From IMG/VR virus record IMGVR_UViG_3300033067_000859, positions 1 through 64,000 of that record: a stretch of 64,000 bases of DNA. The stretch is one strand, 5' to 3'. The notes beneath the pieces are model-generated. The model ran no database searches. It had not been told where the DNA came from and was given only the letters and a program-made list of their open reading frames with translations. Positions 17,366-26,989 of the stretch are shown one piece after another (within the stretch, counting starts at the first letter, position 1; every line of letters begins with the position of its first letter). This DNA comes from a virus (Duplodnaviria; Caudoviricetes). The position numbers were made by a program, and so were the translations under genes.

Positions 17366-17657
17366 CGTAACTGCCCGAGAAAAATGGAGTAAAATCCTAA
17401 AAGATGTTGAGAAGCGGGAAGTTCCTGTAACTCTTTTAGAAGCTATTTGCGTTCATCTAATCGACGGCAGCGAAGTACACATCGAGATCAAGGAACTCCT
17501 TGACGAAGGGCTAACGCCAGACGAAATTGAGTTTATGCTCAACGAAAAGCTAGATGCATTAGACCATATTATCAAAGATGTTGACTTTTATGTCAACATC
17601 GACGATGTGGCTAAACTAGTACAACCAATTACCGATAGCTTTCTCAAGGACCTATAA
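17319..17657 (+). CDS. Hypothetical protein
   Basis: 112 aa with acidic C-terminal half; start uncertain. Confidence 0.7.
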   Translation: MSEQPKRKRPRLKRLNVTAREKWSKILKDVEKREVPVTLLEAICVHLIDGSEVHIEIKELLDEGLTPDEIEFMLNEKLDALDHIIKDVDFYVNIDDVAKLVQPITDSFLKDL

Positions 17658-17669
17658 CTTCTAATAGTA

Positions 17670-17698
17670 TTGCTGTCTGAGTATAAACCTAGTATAAT
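17670..17698 (+). promoter_or_regulatory. Sigma70-like promoter for thyA
   Basis: TTGCTG-N17-TATAAT; ATG 6 nt downstream. Confidence 0.6.
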
Positions 17699-17704
17699 AA
17701 ATCA

Positions 17705-18607
17705 ATGGAAAAACAATATTTAGATGCATTACAACACGTTTTAGATAACGGCGTTGAAAGACCGGACCGCACAGGCACCGGCACTATTAGCACGTTTGGG
17801 CTGCAACAACGATACGATTTACGCAAGGGCTTTCCGGCAGTGACTACAAAGAAACTAGCATGGAAAGCTGTCGTATCAGAATTGCTGTGGTTCATCGAAG
17901 GGTCAGGAGACGAAAATCGTCTGCGAGAGATTTTACATGGTAGCAGACAGTCTGAAAAGGCCACTATCTGGACTGGAAATGCCACAGCACCTTATTGGTC
18001 CCCAAAAGCTAAGTTTCCCGGAGACTTAGGCAGGGTGTACGGAGTGCAGTGGAGACACTGGCGCCAATACAACGAGCAAAAAGATATGGGCCCCGCACAC
18101 TTAGGCGGGGTTAGGGTCGCAGCTGATAGAAGTGAAGTCGATCAATTAATAGATCTTATCGACGGCATTAAGCGGGACCCGCACGGACGACGACATATAT
18201 TATCTGCATGGAACCCAGGTGAATTAGAAGCCATGGCCCTGCCACCGTGTCATATTCTTGCGCAATTTTACGTTGCCAATGGCCGGCTTAGCTGCCAAAT
18301 GTATCAAAGAAGTTGTGACATGTTTTTAGGAGTTCCCTTCAACATCGCTAGCTATAGTTTGCTCACGCATCTTATCGCTCAAGTGTGCAATTTGGATGTT
18401 GGAGAGTTCGTTCACGTACTTGGTGATGCACACGTCTACCTAAATCATGTAGAGCAGGTTAAAGAACAATTGCAACGTGAACCCCTTCCTGCTCCACAAC
18501 TTCGCCTTAACCCCGATATCAAAGACATCACAAAGTTCACTATGGAAGATATCGAGCTAGTGGGCTACACTAGCCATCCACCTATTAAAGCGGAGATGGC
18601 AGTATGA
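17705..18607 (+). CDS. thyA: Thymidylate synthase
   Basis: [30 protein letters not shown] and [14 protein letters not shown]. Confidence 0.97.
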   Translation: MEKQYLDALQHVLDNGVERPDRTGTGTISTFGLQQRYDLRKGFPAVTTKKLAWKAVVSELLWFIEGSGDENRLREILHGSRQSEKATIWTGNATAPYWSPKAKFPGDLGRVYGVQWRHWRQYNEQKDMGPAHLGGVRVAADRSEVDQLIDLIDGIKRDPHGRRHILSAWNPGELEAMALPPCHILAQFYVANGRLSCQMYQRSCDMFLGVPFNIASYSLLTHLIAQVCNLDVGEFVHVLGDAHVYLNHVEQVKEQLQREPLPAPQLRLNPDIKDITKFTMEDIELVGYTSHPPIKAEMAV

Positions 18608-19569
18608 AAATTCTAGTAACTGGTGGGTTTGGTCTTATCGGCCACAATGTAGTACATCGACTAGAACAGCTAGGTCATGCAGTTACTGTGGTTGATATTA
18701 AAACAACATACGGTATTATTCCACAGACTGAAATTGACTATCTGATGAGAGAACGTCAAAAGAAACTTGGAGATTCAAAGTTCTATAACTATGATATCGC
18801 TAATGTGTGGCACATGAAATCTATTTTTGCCAAGGAACAGTTTGATCAAGTTATACACATGGCCAGCTTTCCTAGACAAAAGGTTGTTAACAACAATCCA
18901 GCATTAGGTGCTCGTACCATGATGGAAGGACTACTCAATCTGTTAGAGATGAGTCGAGAATACGGTGTCAAGAGATTCTTATATATTAGCTCTAGTATGG
19001 TTTATGGAGACTTCACCGACGATGTTACTGAAGACTATCATTGCAAGCCCCAGGGCCAATATGGCATTATGAAACTAGCGGGAGAAGACCTTGTTAAAGA
19101 TTACAGTCGACGTGGCTGTTTTAGTCACACTATTATTAGGCCTAGTGCTGTTTACGGGCCACTTGATGTTGAAGACCGAGTCATCGCCAAATTCATGCTC
19201 ACTGCCATGCGCGGCGGCGAACTCAAAGTTAACGGAGCAGGCGAAACACTTGACTTCACTTATGTTGAAGATGCAGCAGACGGCATCGTTGCGGCAGCAT
19301 TGAGCAACAACACTAATAACAAAACGTACAACATTACAAAAAGTCATAGCCGCAGTTTACTAGATGCTGCGGAACTTGCTGTCAAGATTGTCGGAAAAGG
19401 CACTATTAAAGTTCGCGACAAAGATGCAGACTTTCCTAGCCGCGGCGCATTGAATATTGATGCTGCACGTAGAGACTTCGAATACGATCCCAAAGTTGAT
19501 GTTGAAGAAGGCTTCCAAAAGTACTATGATTGGCTCAGCAATTCAAGTTACTGGCAAACTCGTTTGTAA
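18604..19569 (+). CDS. NAD-dependent NDP-sugar epimerase/dehydratase
   Basis: [11 protein letters not shown] Rossmann motif; SSSMVYG; YGIMK (YxxxK); DFTYVED. Confidence 0.92.
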   Translation: MKILVTGGFGLIGHNVVHRLEQLGHAVTVVDIKTTYGIIPQTEIDYLMRERQKKLGDSKFYNYDIANVWHMKSIFAKEQFDQVIHMASFPRQKVVNNNPALGARTMMEGLLNLLEMSREYGVKRFLYISSSMVYGDFTDDVTEDYHCKPQGQYGIMKLAGEDLVKDYSRRGCFSHTIIRPSAVYGPLDVEDRVIAKFMLTAMRGGELKVNGAGETLDFTYVEDAADGIVAAALSNNTNNKTYNITKSHSRSLLDAAELAVKIVGKGTIKVRDKDADFPSRGALNIDAARRDFEYDPKVDVEEGFQKYYDWLSNSSYWQTRL

Positions 19570-19579
19570 TCCAGGCAGC

Positions 19580-20725
19580 ATGAACATTCCGTTCTTTGGT
19601 ATTAAGCGCCAGTATCAAACCCTTAAAGACGAGATACTGGATGCTGTTAACGATGTATACTCGTCGGGGCAAGTACTCGACGGGCCTTTCGTAGAAGAAT
19701 TCGAAATGCAGATTGCAGGACGATGTCATAGAGAATATGCCGTTGCTGTTAATAGTTGCACCCAAGGACTAATATTTGCACAAACTGCATTAGGAATTAA
19801 CCAACAATCGATCATCACTCCCACTGTCAGTTTTGCTGCAACGTTGAATTCGGTATTGCTAGCAAATAATTTACCTGCATACTGCGATGTTGATAAACAT
19901 GGGTTAATTAATTTAGAGTCACTTGGGTATAATCCCAAATCTCGTAAAATTCACAGCATGGTTTATGTTAACTTATTCGGCAACATCATCGATTACGACA
20001 AGCTCAAAGTAATTAATAATGTGTTCAACGACAACGAGTTAACTGTTATCGAAGATGCCGCGCAAAGCTTTGGAGCTTACTACAAAGGAATCCCTAGTGG
20101 AAAGTTAGGAGACGTTAGTGTCCTAAGCTTTGATCCTACAAAAAATTTGCCCAATTACGGATCCGGTGGTATGCTACTAACTGACGACTGGGAAGTGTAT
20201 CGTGCCGCCAAAAACTTACGAGATAACGGTAAAGAAGACGATCACAATATAGCCGGCACAAATAGTAAGATGAGCGAAGCCGACTGTGCTAGCATGCTAG
20301 TCAAATTGAAACATTTCGATACTTGGCAAAAGCGAAGGACTGAGATTGCTGAATTTTATACAGACAATCTTAAGAACTATGTGCGGGTTACAGAAGTCAG
20401 TCCAGATGTTGATCATGCGTGGCACAAATTCCCAATTTGGTTTGACGACTCTGCAGAAATTATGAAAGGATTTCATACCTTTCCGGTGCGGCACAGTATA
20501 AAGCAATACCTTTCAGTAAACGGTATTGAAACTAAAATTCATTACGGTGCTACATTGCCCGATTTACCAGTAAATGCTGTAATGGAATTTCCAGAATTTC
20601 CAATAGCCAACAAACATACTAGAACTGAACTTAGTTTACCGATATACCCCGAACTTACTGACCTCGAAGTTGAGTACGTGGTTGAACAAGTAATTGAGGG
20701 TATTTTTGCTGAAATAGATCGTTAA
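19580..20725 (+). CDS. DegT/DnrJ/EryC1/StrS PLP-dependent sugar aminotransferase
   Basis: IEDAAQSFGA, SFDPTKNLPNYGSGG, GTNSKMSE and LSLPIYP; start reassigned to 19580. Confidence 0.92.
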   Translation: MNIPFFGIKRQYQTLKDEILDAVNDVYSSGQVLDGPFVEEFEMQIAGRCHREYAVAVNSCTQGLIFAQTALGINQQSIITPTVSFAATLNSVLLANNLPAYCDVDKHGLINLESLGYNPKSRKIHSMVYVNLFGNIIDYDKLKVINNVFNDNELTVIEDAAQSFGAYYKGIPSGKLGDVSVLSFDPTKNLPNYGSGGMLLTDDWEVYRAAKNLRDNGKEDDHNIAGTNSKMSEADCASMLVKLKHFDTWQKRRTEIAEFYTDNLKNYVRVTEVSPDVDHAWHKFPIWFDDSAEIMKGFHTFPVRHSIKQYLSVNGIETKIHYGATLPDLPVNAVMEFPEFPIANKHTRTELSLPIYPELTDLEVEYVVEQVIEGIFAEIDR

Positions 20726-21734
20726 GCCAAGCCCAATCATAGCTTAACATCAACTTACTAAATTCTCCATTAGAATTATTGTAATAATCTACAGCGTCCT
20801 CTGCTCCCCTAATGCTCCAAATGCCGTGCTGACCGATATTTACAGTTAGCCAAGTTTGTAATCTTGCAATTGACTCATCACTGCCATTGTGCTGCAACTT
20901 TATGCACTCCCTAAAAGCAGTGCGCCAAGTGACGATAGGGTCTTGATTGTATCTAGCAACCCCGGATAGTATAGGAACAAGATCATGAGGTTTAGTCATG
21001 ACAAAGTCCAGTCCAGTATGTTCAGTACTGAGGGTTAATGTCTTGCTGTACGCAATCATAGCCATATGCCCGTACTCTAAATTATTAACTGGATTACGGG
21101 CGTTGAATATGTAATGCCTAGGTCCTTTAGTAGGATCTGCATGCCAAGTCCAATCAAAATTAGGATTAACTTCCAACTTGGCAAATACTGCAAAAAACCA
21201 AGCTGTGGTACTTATACTGGCGGCTGCACGATATGCGGCACTGCGGCCGTCTATTCTGTCTATTCTGTGTATTTTATTGCCTGTTTTTACAGTTTTCAGC
21301 AAGTGTTGGTAGTGTTTTTCGGCATCAGGTTCCCCGTTGCTAATGTAGACTATATCTAACAGTTTGCTGTCTGTCTTAAGTTCTGTGCTTGTAAAGTGTA
21401 GATTAGGAAAGCCCTCTAAGTACTCGTATTCTGCCGGAATCAAGTTAGTATGATACTTGCTAACTAGCCAAGTATTGGCCCCCATTACTTGCATATAGGG
21501 TTCTAGCCCTTTCTCACTGTATTTCTCAAATTCAAAATTGCTATAATCAGTTAAGCTACTAACTACCCAAAAATAATTTTGATCAGATAGCTGTGCGCAA
21601 ATTCTTACAGTCTCTGCTAGACTGTTGCCAATGTTGATCCTAAATACATTAGGATACCGTGAGCATAATGCCCAGTAGCGTTTGTCCGATTCTGAGTTTT
21701 TCCAATCTAGGAAATAAATGTTATGCAAGTTCAT
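20655..21734 (-). CDS. Glycosyltransferase-like protein with internal duplication
   Basis: Two copies of the module found in 23736-24638 (DIVYISNGEP...AAASISTT.WF); no DxD motif. Confidence 0.5.
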   Translation of the reverse strand: MNLHNIYFLDWKNSESDKRYWALCSRYPNVFRINIGNSLAETVRICAQLSDQNYFWVVSSLTDYSNFEFEKYSEKGLEPYMQVMGANTWLVSKYHTNLIPAEYEYLEGFPNLHFTSTELKTDSKLLDIVYISNGEPDAEKHYQHLLKTVKTGNKIHRIDRIDGRSAAYRAAASISTTAWFFAVFAKLEVNPNFDWTWHADPTKGPRHYIFNARNPVNNLEYGHMAMIAYSKTLTLSTEHTGLDFVMTKPHDLVPILSGVARYNQDPIVTWRTAFRECIKLQHNGSDESIARLQTWLTVNIGQHGIWSIRGAEDAVDYYNNSNGEFSKLMLSYDWAWLNDLFQQKYPQLLVQPRTQLRGQ

Positions 21735-22783
21735 TTATGACTGTCGTTAAACTTTACTATGTCTAATAGCTCTTGGGCTGTATAATCTGAATGCAATTTG
21801 CTGCCATCGTTAATGTCTCTCAAGGGAACCATGTCAAAGGATATCTTTGACTTTAACTCATGCCCCAACTGCTCGTATCCAGACTGTTGTTTCATACTTT
21901 CAACAAAATCAATACTCGATTGCACGCCACCAGGCTTAGTCATAAGTTTAACTATAAAATGTGACAGCTTACTAGTCCCGGCAATCATTAGCTCAACGAC
22001 TTTAAGGTAATTTTTAGCAAACAGTGCCGGTTTCATGAACTCAAAATGAGCACTAAAGATTAGCGTATTGTAATTATCTGCATTCTTTTGCCAATATGAG
22101 GGGCCTTGACTTGCATTGGTTACTAACATGACCCATTGGTTTCTGTCGGATAGATATTGAATGAATGGCTCAAAGTCTGGGTTCAGTGTAGGCTCCCCTC
22201 CGCCAAAGTACCAGTTAATTTTTTCGCCGCCGGCCCATTTATCGATAATATAGTCGGCAGATTTTACTAATACAGACAAACTCTTATGTTCGTCTGTGGT
22301 ATTATGAACTCCGGGCCAGCAGTAGCTACAATCGTAGTTACATCGGCGACTAATATCCCACAACACTTGCTTGGGCAGTTCGTAGCCAGTCCTAACTGAC
22401 GTAATCTCTTTAAGTTCCTGTATTTGAATAGTGGGCTTTTGTAACTGTGGGCTATTGCCATTTTTCCATTTGGTAATAACAATGTCAGCGCCACATCCAC
22501 AACTAGCGATAGGACAAACTACCCCATTGGCTGGTAACTTAAACTCGTCACTTATTTGACCCAAATATCCCCACTTGGGCGTTTTAGAAAATGTAATTCG
22601 CTGGGCCGAAGGTGTACTAGCACAATTTGCTATCCAGACGCCCCCATCAAAATCAATGTATAGGTTTTGCACCCCGGCCTGACAGTTCCAGCCCTGAAAT
22701 TGATTGAGCTGCATAGATACTAGATCTTCTAAACTAGCCTCGGCTGTGCCATGTATGCCACTAACTAGTAGCTGCTTGGTCAT
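21731..22783 (-). CDS. Radical SAM protein with an N-terminal SPASM/twitch-like domain
   Basis: CNYDCSYC, FGGGEPTLNP, VTNAS; the N-terminal region has CQAG...DFDG.V..C...C...C.C. Confidence 0.85.
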   Translation of the reverse strand: MTKQLLVSGIHGTAEASLEDLVSMQLNQFQGWNCQAGVQNLYIDFDGGVWIANCASTPSAQRITFSKTPKWGYLGQISDEFKLPANGVVCPIASCGCGADIVITKWKNGNSPQLQKPTIQIQELKEITSVRTGYELPKQVLWDISRRCNYDCSYCWPGVHNTTDEHKSLSVLVKSADYIIDKWAGGEKINWYFGGGEPTLNPDFEPFIQYLSDRNQWVMLVTNASQGPSYWQKNADNYNTLIFSAHFEFMKPALFAKNYLKVVELMIAGTSKLSHFIVKLMTKPGGVQSSIDFVESMKQQSGYEQLGHELKSKISFDMVPLRDINDGSKLHSDYTAQELLDIVKFNDSHK

Positions 22784-23736
22784 TTTTCAACCTTCACCTT
22801 AGTACTCATAATGTCAAAGTTACAGTGACACATGATTTTGTTGCATCTGATAGGTTCTGTAGGAAAGTTAATTACTGCATCATGTATACTACCAATACGC
22901 TCACCAACTTTGCACCAACCGCGATGTATACTGCCATCCATGTCAACGATTAGTTGCTCGACCCCGGCAAAACAGTCCCATCCGTACCAATTATTTTTGC
23001 CATGTGCAATAAATTCGTGCGGTGGAATAATTTTCCCCGGGCCAGTAGGATGTATTACTTGCATGGCCCCGCGATAGTTTTCCATGCGTTTAGTCCATTT
23101 AATCTTACTGCCAATTAGTCCCCATTGATTTGCTAGGACAGTTTTTTGATCTTCGCTGTAATCGTACAATGTATCCCCAAAGTCATGAATCAATGGCTGT
23201 AATGCAATACTGGTATTTTCTAGAGAGGTTGCCCGCTGTGCTACTTGGAAACAATGATCAAACTTTTCAGGACTCATCATGATATTCAAGTGTAACCTAA
23301 ACTTGTTTTCTAAAATTTTAGCCACAGCTAGATAGTGATCCGCATCGGCTTCTTCGGGATGGAAACTCAAACAAACATGATCAAATAAGTGAGCGTTTTC
23401 CTCCCACCAACGCAATGTTCTACCGCCATTGCTAATCATGCCAACTCGAACCCCTTGTTCTTTACAGAACTCGCATAATTCAATAAAATGGCGATATAAA
23501 GTAACTTCGCCACCAGTAAAGTCAAAATACAACTTCTTATCACTATGATGCTCTTTTACTTTCATAATGAATTGCTTAATAGTGTCTAACTCTGGCCATC
23601 GCTTAGATCCATCATGCAAATCTGTAGGGCAATAGCTGCAACTGTAATTGCAAGTGTTGCCCAAACACCAATTTACAACAAACCAATCATTGTATGCTTG
23701 TTCTCCGTGTACTAACCTGATATAATCTTTTTTCAT
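22780..23736 (-). CDS. Radical SAM protein with a C-terminal SPASM/twitch-like domain
   Basis: CNYSCSYC, FTGGEVTL, ISNGG; the C-terminal region has CFAG...DMDG.I..C...C...C.C. Confidence 0.88.
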   Translation of the reverse strand: MKKDYIRLVHGEQAYNDWFVVNWCLGNTCNYSCSYCPTDLHDGSKRWPELDTIKQFIMKVKEHHSDKKLYFDFTGGEVTLYRHFIELCEFCKEQGVRVGMISNGGRTLRWWEENAHLFDHVCLSFHPEEADADHYLAVAKILENKFRLHLNIMMSPEKFDHCFQVAQRATSLENTSIALQPLIHDFGDTLYDYSEDQKTVLANQWGLIGSKIKWTKRMENYRGAMQVIHPTGPGKIIPPHEFIAHGKNNWYGWDCFAGVEQLIVDMDGSIHRGWCKVGERIGSIHDAVINFPTEPIRCNKIMCHCNFDIMSTKVKVEK

Positions 23737-24638
23737 TATTGATCCATTATGTTTTTGTTGCGATGCAATTGCACGTAATATCGTTTCCAGAATTCACTTT
23801 GCTGTGCATTCATGTCTATCACTGGCATGTTTAATTGTGTTCTTAGTGCATGACTCATTTCATGATAAAATACTTTTCTTTCTGCAAAAGACTTTGCATT
23901 ATGCTCGGCAAATATTCTATTTAATGCGTCAAAATCTTGAACTTCTTTGTAGTCCCAATCCGGTTTGAGCATGACCATGTATGTTCCTAATCTTGCACCA
24001 TAAATTGCCCAGGCGCCGTGTTCTACGTCAGCACCAATACTGTGCCAAATATTGAGATACTCAATATTTTTATGCATTGTCATTGTTTTAAATTCGGGTA
24101 TACCCACACGTCGGCCACGTGACAGAGTCATTTTTACACCCTCGCGGAATCCGGCACGAAATGCATGTAACGGACTTCCATTAGGATATGTTGTCGAGTA
24201 ACAATTACCTAGAGGTTTATACAAAGGGTCAAAACAAAATTCAACTACAGTCTCATTTCTGCCATCACTAGATTCATGTGTTCGCATCGTATTGATGTAG
24301 TTCTTAGTCCAGCAACTAATGCCCCCGTTGCCATACATGAGTCCGTTGATGTGGTTGCGGGCACGCCATCTAAATACACATTGATTGGTGTCATCTGTTA
24401 GATGCAATGTCTTATCAAAGAAGTCAAACTCTGGAAGATTGTCCCCGTCTATTAAAATAAATCTATCGGTTGTACTTGCGGCCGCCGCGGCCTTGTGTGC
24501 AGCATCGCTGCCTTTTACTCCGTCAACTCGAACGGCCCACGGAATTCGATTTTTGATCTCTAGCCAAAATTTTTCTTTTTGTGGTTCGTCGTACGACAAA
24601 TACACACAATCTAAATCTGCAATACTTACATCAGCCAT
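23736..24638 (-). CDS. GT-A-like glycosyltransferase/nucleotidyl-sugar-binding protein
   Basis: CVYLSYDEP and FILIDGDN (DxD after a hydrophobic strand); probable start MADVSI. Confidence 0.55.
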   Translation of the reverse strand: MADVSIADLDCVYLSYDEPQKEKFWLEIKNRIPWAVRVDGVKGSDAAHKAAAAASTTDRFILIDGDNLPEFDFFDKTLHLTDDTNQCVFRWRARNHINGLMYGNGGISCWTKNYINTMRTHESSDGRNETVVEFCFDPLYKPLGNCYSTTYPNGSPLHAFRAGFREGVKMTLSRGRRVGIPEFKTMTMHKNIEYLNIWHSIGADVEHGAWAIYGARLGTYMVMLKPDWDYKEVQDFDALNRIFAEHNAKSFAERKVFYHEMSHALRTQLNMPVIDMNAQQSEFWKRYYVQLHRNKNIMDQ

Positions 24639-24978
24639 TATAGTAATCCCATTCATCTACTTCGCCAGTGTAGTTATCGCTAACTGCAAAGATCATATTA
24701 TTTTTTAGTGTTTTAAATTTTCCACCAGACTGGAGAATTATCTTTTTAAACTTCGGAACCCGTTTGACTCTACCTAGTATGCCATTGTCTACTCGAAAAT
24801 GTTCACAAACATCAATACTGTTATAAGTATCCTGGTCAACTTCTATTGATGGCAAATTGTTGTGGTCTAATCCGTCTGATTTACTTATGCAAATGCCTGT
24901 GTCGGGATCGTAATAAACCCTGAAGACATATACATGAGTTACTTTATTGATTATGGGTCGTCTTGTAAAGGGTTTCAT
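24631..24978 (-). CDS. Hypothetical protein
   Basis: 115-aa ORF inside the operon. Confidence 0.65.
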   Translation of the reverse strand: MKPFTRRPIINKVTHVYVFRVYYDPDTGICISKSDGLDHNNLPSIEVDQDTYNSIDVCEHFRVDNGILGRVKRVPKFKKIILQSGGKFKTLKNNMIFAVSDNYTGEVDEWDYYNG

Positions 24979-25795
24979 AGTGGGTAATAATAGCAGATGT
25001 GGGAAAGTGCTTATGATGATAATGAAACGGCAATCGCTGCCTCTGGAATCCTACTGTTAGATGCTGTCTGTCAAGTTGATACTGTAAATAATCCATCCAA
25101 ACGGCATTAGTGTCCCATCCCTGTATTGCGCCCTTCATGTGTGTAAACATTGGCACAGAACCCGGAATATGACACCGATCTTGTCCGTATAATCTAGCAG
25201 CCAACGCAAATACTAGATCAGTACTTGCTGGCTCGAGCTCGGCATTCTTAAGAATACTAGTCTTGACGTACTGCCAATTTTTGAAAATAGATTCTGCATA
25301 CGAAAAAAATTCAGCCGTGTCACTAGTTTTTTTGAAGTAATAGAATCCTGCATAAACATCTAACAAATTGTTATCGTCGAATACTTTTCTATATTCTCTA
25401 GTAGTTGCTACTTTTTCATTATATGCAGCAACTCGGGTCGTAAAGCATACATCCTTTATAGATAAAATGTCCCACCAGTGGTCAATGCTAGAAGGAATAA
25501 TCATATCGCACTCGAGTTTAATAGTTTCGTCAAATGGACTGGCCATTAATGCCTTCCATTCATTTTGCATTTTCCATTTAGAATCTCTAGCATCGTCGCC
25601 GAGTGGTACCGGTATAATGTAATCAAACACTGCTCTATGCTTGTCTGTAATTAGCTTCTCGGTTGCAGGATCGACTACAACGGCGTACTGGTTTACTCGA
25701 TTTGATACTTTAATGCTCAGTGCCTGTAAATAGGCCAGTGTGAGATAGTCAACATCTGTGCTATTTTGTGCAAAGGTAAGAAATCCTCTATTCAT
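24944..25795 (-). CDS. Glycosyltransferase-like protein (GT8/mannosyltransferase-like)
   Basis: RGFLTFA, SPFDETIKLECDM and YAGFYYF; paralog of 25792-26622. Confidence 0.65.
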   Translation of the reverse strand: MNRGFLTFAQNSTDVDYLTLAYLQALSIKVSNRVNQYAVVVDPATEKLITDKHRAVFDYIIPVPLGDDARDSKWKMQNEWKALMASPFDETIKLECDMIIPSSIDHWWDILSIKDVCFTTRVAAYNEKVATTREYRKVFDDNNLLDVYAGFYYFKKTSDTAEFFSYAESIFKNWQYVKTSILKNAELEPASTDLVFALAARLYGQDRCHIPGSVPMFTHMKGAIQGWDTNAVWMDYLQYQLDRQHLTVGFQRQRLPFHYHHKHFPTSAIITHYETLYKTTHNQ

Positions 25796-26622
25796 TGTGC
25801 CAGTACCCGCAACTGATTTAATATAGTGTGATCAACAATAGTATCTTTATTCATAATGTGAACATTGGTATTCCTTACCCTTGTAACTTTACGAACCCCA
25901 TCAGATTCAGTCCATGTGAACACTATTTCGCCATTGGGCCTAACCTGTGCAATTTCTACAGGTGTTGCTGCGGAGACTAATTTACCGGGTATCGGCGTAA
26001 AGTTATTCTCACTATATCCAGTAAGTGTCTGCAACGCAATGCTTATCGTATAATCGTTTCTAAAAAGCTCTGTGCTAAAATTATAAAGACCCGAATAGTA
26101 GTTGTAATTTTGTTTAATAGTGTCCATAAAGCCAAATACAGCCTCTGCTAACTGGCATTTAGTAAAGTAGACAACCGTGGCCCATTGCATGTGGAGTCCC
26201 GGATACCCAACCCTTGCACCACGCTGTAAACTTTCCCAGCCAGTTATTTCGTGTACATGGTTGTAACAAGCAAACTCTAAATCGGTATCGAACAAACTAG
26301 CTAAACTATTGTTAAACATCAAAAAGTCTGCGTCAATTAGCAGAGTCTGATCATACGGACTCAAATCGTATGCACTGCTACGATTTTGATTATGCCACAC
26401 TGTGCGCTCTGTACGAGTAGCAAACTTGAAAACTCGCTCGCCTCGACTGTTTGATTTTTGAATAATAACTTGATCAAACACTGATGTGTCTACATCCTCT
26501 GTATCTGTTATAAGTGTTACAGGAAGCCCTAGATGCTTTTTGGCCAATTGGGCAGCAATTGTAGCAATGCTTACATAGTCGAGCTTAGAATTGTAGGCAA
26601 ATATTACAACACCTTTAGACAT
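25792..26622 (-). CDS. Glycosyltransferase-like protein (GT8-like, DxD)
   Basis: KGVVIFA, SPYDQTLLIDADFL and WATVVYF; start reassigned to MSKGVV. Confidence 0.7.
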   Translation of the reverse strand: MSKGVVIFAYNSKLDYVSIATIAAQLAKKHLGLPVTLITDTEDVDTSVFDQVIIQKSNSRGERVFKFATRTERTVWHNQNRSSAYDLSPYDQTLLIDADFLMFNNSLASLFDTDLEFACYNHVHEITGWESLQRGARVGYPGLHMQWATVVYFTKCQLAEAVFGFMDTIKQNYNYYSGLYNFSTELFRNDYTISIALQTLTGYSENNFTPIPGKLVSAATPVEIAQVRPNGEIVFTWTESDGVRKVTRVRNTNVHIMNKDTIVDHTILNQLRVLAQ

Positions 26623-26935
26623 TTGCTGCCCGGCGAATTCGATTAGATGATTGGAAGTCTGTATACCACACATCCATTGCATGAAGGTATGCGCCTTTGA
26701 GACGGCCCATTAAGGCTAGACGATTAACTAATACCGGAGTTTCGTAAGCATCTTCTACAATTATGTTATCTTCTTCCCAGCTACTCAAGAAGGAAATAAG
26801 AGCCGGAGTTGCAATAAAGAGACCACCGTTATAAGGCACCGATAACAGTGCCTGCGAAGATTCTTTAATAGTTTTTCTGTGAACTGCCCGATCAAATTCG
26901 GCATCAGCAAGAGCTTTGAGTTTATCTGGATCCAT
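26615..26935 (-). CDS. Hypothetical protein
   Basis: 106 aa; first gene after the 26939-26970 element. Confidence 0.75.
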   Translation of the reverse strand: MDPDKLKALADAEFDRAVHRKTIKESSQALLSVPYNGGLFIATPALISFLSSWEEDNIIVEDAYETPVLVNRLALMGRLKGAYLHAMDVWYTDFQSSNRIRRAANV

Positions 26936-26938
26936 GAT

Positions 26939-26970
26939 TGATTAAATACCGTGTTTACAGTATTTAATCA
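26939..26970. repeat. Perfect 11-bp inverted repeat containing the late-promoter-like TTAAATA on both strands
   Basis: TGATTAAATAC-N10-GTATTTAATCA. Confidence 0.7.
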
Positions 26971-26989
26971 TCATAACATTGTGGCAAAA

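Noticed and set aside
17705-18607. thyA as a possible dCMP hydroxymethylase for DNA modification
   Set aside because: It retains the dUMP-specifying Asn (GVPFN) and a fully canonical TS sequence.
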